Virus record (IMG/VR): IMGVR_UViG_3300020402_000746
Location: 1 to 30,354 of that record
Strand: one strand, 5' to 3'
Source of the DNA: a virus
Lineage: Duplodnaviria > Caudoviricetes
DNA: 30,354 bases
Shown here: in pieces, positions 28,089-30,354 of the stretch
How positions within the stretch are numbered: the stretch's first letter is position 1
Layout: each line of letters begins with the position of its first letter
The notes under the pieces: model-generated
What the model was told of the DNA's origin: nothing
What the model saw: the letters and a program-made list of their open reading frames with translations, nothing else
Databases searched by the model: none
Position numbers and translations under genes: made by a program

Positions 28089-28667
28089 ATGGAAGACTGT
28101 ATATTTAAATTTTCAATGGAACATGATAAGGAAAAATTATTAGAGGAATCTAAAGTATTTAGATATCAACCTATTAATAAGGAAACTCTTACATGGATAT
28201 ATAACGAAGGAATAGAATACAATGATGATCTATCATTTATTGACAAAGATGACAAATGGTGGACAGAGCAAGAATCATGGACAGCATCAAGAGAACCAAA
28301 AGTAACAGATTTTGATCTGACAGAAAGTAGACGTCTTAAAGCATTATTTCAAAAAGTTTGTGATACTGATGATATAAAAGCTAGTTTTCTTACACAAAAA
28401 CAAAATACAGAAGTCCTAGTACATACTGATGTAGGCACCTTGTGTGCCATAAATTTTTTATTAGAAGGCGGCCAGACTCCAATAAATTTTGAAGGATATC
28501 CAGACGAATATTATGACGTGGCATTGATTAACACTAGCATCAATCATAGTGTGCCGATACAAAAAGACCAAGATAGAATTTTATTTAAGTTACGTTTTAC
28601 ACATAATACTTTTGATGACATAAAACAAAAAATTAAAAATAGCTATCCAATATGGAGAAGAAAATGA
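28089..28667 (+). CDS. 2OG/Fe(II)-type oxygenase (DSBH fold)
   Basis: LVHTD…CAINF…LINTSINHSV…RILFK. Confidence 0.65.
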   Translation: MEDCIFKFSMEHDKEKLLEESKVFRYQPINKETLTWIYNEGIEYNDDLSFIDKDDKWWTEQESWTASREPKVTDFDLTESRRLKALFQKVCDTDDIKASFLTQKQNTEVLVHTDVGTLCAINFLLEGGQTPINFEGYPDEYYDVALINTSINHSVPIQKDQDRILFKLRFTHNTFDDIKQKIKNSYPIWRRK

Positions 28668-29248
28668 GACCGTACTTTCAAAAAATAAATGAGCTTACAT
28701 TTACTGAAGAAACAAGAAATAAACTTGCTGATCATATTTTAAAACATAAAGACAATTTTGCCTATACAGGAACAAAGCCTGACAAGTATGGAAAAACAGA
28801 TTGGAATTGGTATTGTCCTAGAGATATTATTCCAACAGAGCTAATGGATGAAGTTGGTAAAAAATTTTTAGTTGATGTACATTATGAAATACTAGGACAG
28901 ACGCCTTTTACTATAGGAAAGATTCATGTAGATCAAAAGAATCCTTTTGTACCAAGAGTAAGTGTAATTAGTATTCCTGTCTATCCGTTAGACATTCGTA
29001 GTTTTGGACCTACAAAGTTTTGGACACTAGAATCAGGAGAATACAGTGATTACGATAATGCTAAATTTAAATTACAAGAAACAATAAATTATACGGATCA
29101 CACAGCAGTAATTTTTAATTTATTAGAATATCATAATGCCACAAATGAAACAAATGATTATAGATTTCACTGTCAGTTCAGCACAGATATACCTTTCAAC
29201 GAAATTGTTGATTTATATGATAAAGGAAAATTATTTAAATTAAATTAG
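28664..29248 (+). CDS. 2OG/Fe(II)-type oxygenase (DSBH fold)
   Basis: KIHVD…ISIPV…FNLLEYHNA…RFHCQF. The start is in an ATGA overlap at 28664, after GGAG. Confidence 0.62.
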   Translation: MRPYFQKINELTFTEETRNKLADHILKHKDNFAYTGTKPDKYGKTDWNWYCPRDIIPTELMDEVGKKFLVDVHYEILGQTPFTIGKIHVDQKNPFVPRVSVISIPVYPLDIRSFGPTKFWTLESGEYSDYDNAKFKLQETINYTDHTAVIFNLLEYHNATNETNDYRFHCQFSTDIPFNEIVDLYDKGKLFKLN

Positions 29249-30332
29249 CCCAAGCACCATTTTCATAGCCTTGGAACTTATTATCTGTAGAATTATATAT
29301 TACCATTCCATTAGCGGCAGTCAAAGCATCTCTTTGTGTAGTAGTGTAACTTCCAAACTGAATGTAACCTTGTGTCGTTACACCCTTATCTGCTTTAATT
29401 CTCATTGCTTCACCATAAGTTGATATCGCACCGTTTCTGGTTCTAATAATCAAATCTGCTGATAGGTTGTTTGATGAAACAGAATTAATTACACTATTCA
29501 TGTTAGCACCAATTAGAACGGATGATCCGTCAAATGCCGACCAACCAAAACCACCTATAACATCATTTGCTTGTACAGTGACTCTTGCGCCTAATGTTCC
29601 TCTAGATCTAAATAAACCTAATTCATCTGCTGTCACATCATTGTGTACATTTCTTATCTGTATAGTTGACTGTGGGAAAGCACCGTTAGTAGAGGTTGTG
29701 TTATAATTAAAAGCCGGATTAGATACCTTTGTACCTATGTTAATAGTGTTATCAAATGTTGATTCATTCATAGCATTGATAGCACCAGTAATTTTGTTGT
29801 TTATTCCATCTACTAATAATCCTGAGCTGTCATCACCAAATACTGAACCTGTCATTGTTCCTGTTAATGAACCTGTAACAGTACCTACAACGTTTCCGAC
29901 CACATCACCAACAACTCCACCTGTATGAGATCCATTAGTATCTCCTGTTAGGTTTCCTGTTAATGTAGTTGCGGATACTGTTGAAGTTTCTACTGGTCCT
30001 ACTATTTTTCCGTTTATAGCATCAACTAGTAAGGTTGAATCGTCACCGTATATGTTACCACGTATGTCTACTGCTGGATTATCTGTTGCGGCCCAGTTTG
30101 ATCCTGTATATACTAATATTTGATCTTTTTGTGCCGCTAGTGCTTGAACATTACCTAAATCTTCTAGGTTTTGTGTGGATACTGAAACTGGTACGCCACC
30201 TTGTGTGGCTCCATCGCCTACAAATACCTCTTTACTATCCGTTGTATAAACAAGTTCACCCTCCGCAGGTGTAAAACCAGGGTTGGTTTGTAGTGCTTCT
30301 TTTGTTCCTCTTTTAAGTCTTAAAGTACCCAT
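29235..30332 (-). CDS. Tail fibre-like protein with Mtd_N/hyaluronidase-type N-terminal domain
   Basis: LRLKRGT…PAEGELVYTTD…FVGDG-TQGG, G-x3 repeats, and C-terminal TTTQRDAL…GMVIYNSTDNKFQGY. AGGAG SD. Confidence 0.78.
   Translation of the reverse strand: MGTLRLKRGTKEALQTNPGFTPAEGELVYTTDSKEVFVGDGATQGGVPVSVSTQNLEDLGNVQALAAQKDQILVYTGSNWAATDNPAVDIRGNIYGDDSTLLVDAINGKIVGPVETSTVSATTLTGNLTGDTNGSHTGGVVGDVVGNVVGTVTGSLTGTMTGSVFGDDSSGLLVDGINNKITGAINAMNESTFDNTINIGTKVSNPAFNYNTTSTNGAFPQSTIQIRNVHNDVTADELGLFRSRGTLGARVTVQANDVIGGFGWSAFDGSSVLIGANMNSVINSVSSNNLSADLIIRTRNGAISTYGEAMRIKADKGVTTQGYIQFGSYTTTQRDALTAANGMVIYNSTDNKFQGYENGAWANLI
29784..30062 (-). repeat. Protein-level internal repeat: two G-x-(I/V)(Y/F)GDDS-LLVD-IN-KI-G units flanking a G-x-x-x run
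   Basis: RGNIYGDDSTLLVDAINGKIVG (aa 91-112) and TGSVFGDDSSGLLVDGINNKITG (aa 161-183). Confidence 0.75.
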
Positions 30333-30354
30333 CTAATACTCCTAATTCATTGTT

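Noticed and set aside
7070-29248. RiPP cluster interpretation
   Set aside because: No convincing leader/core precursor, RRE domain, protease or exporter was recognised.
8837-30274. Remaining short opposite-strand ORFs in the track (e.g. 12257-12502, 26094-26600, 29467-29706)
   Set aside because: They lie within or across motif-bearing genes on the other strand and have no independent support.
1-30354. Stop-codon reassignment, as in some large phages
   Set aside because: TAA, TAG (9027, 10602, 29248) and TGA (19861, 23182, 27390) all end genes at tight junctions, and coding density is already near complete.
1-30354. CRISPR arrays, tRNAs, introns/inteins, transposases, DGR
   Set aside because: No repeat-spacer array, cloverleaf, split gene, transposase or reverse transcriptase was seen by eye. 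An Mtd-like N-terminus alone does not imply a DGR.

Overview
This is an AT-rich, densely packed segment of a large T4-like or jumbo myophage genome, read in standard code 11, with Shine-Dalgarno sites and T4-type late promoter boxes (TATAAATA-like). Bases 1-7034 form a virion module: a baseplate-type gene, three paralogous tail-fibre proteins sharing an N-terminal domain (one with a tail-collar domain, one with a C-terminal peptidase-G2-like chaperone), and another structural protein. A fourth fibre with an Mtd-like N-terminus closes the window on the minus strand (29235-30332). Between them lies a ~22 kb enzyme island: 4-5 glycosyltransferase-like proteins, 4 radical SAM enzymes (one B12-type), 6 His-x-Asp 2OG/Fe(II)-type oxygenases, 2 methyltransferases, an O-carbamoyltransferase, a DegT sugar aminotransferase, a fold-IV (R)-amine-transaminase-like enzyme, and nitroreductase, GNAT, SGNH, GMP reductase and truncated adenylating enzymes. 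The island is organised in alternating units driven by back-to-back late boxes, which suggests a late-expressed virion (fibre) decoration pathway; this is inference. Features not shown in the ORF track: an RBS-sequestering hairpin overlapped by a late promoter (7036-7072), a 58-aa ORF (9519-9695), a 38-aa hydrophobic ORF nested in the +1 frame of a glycosyltransferase gene (12478-12594), a probable leaderless gene (15679), and a leader motif shared by two unrelated genes (19179-19208, 25364-25390). All functional calls come from motif recognition by eye; no searches were run.
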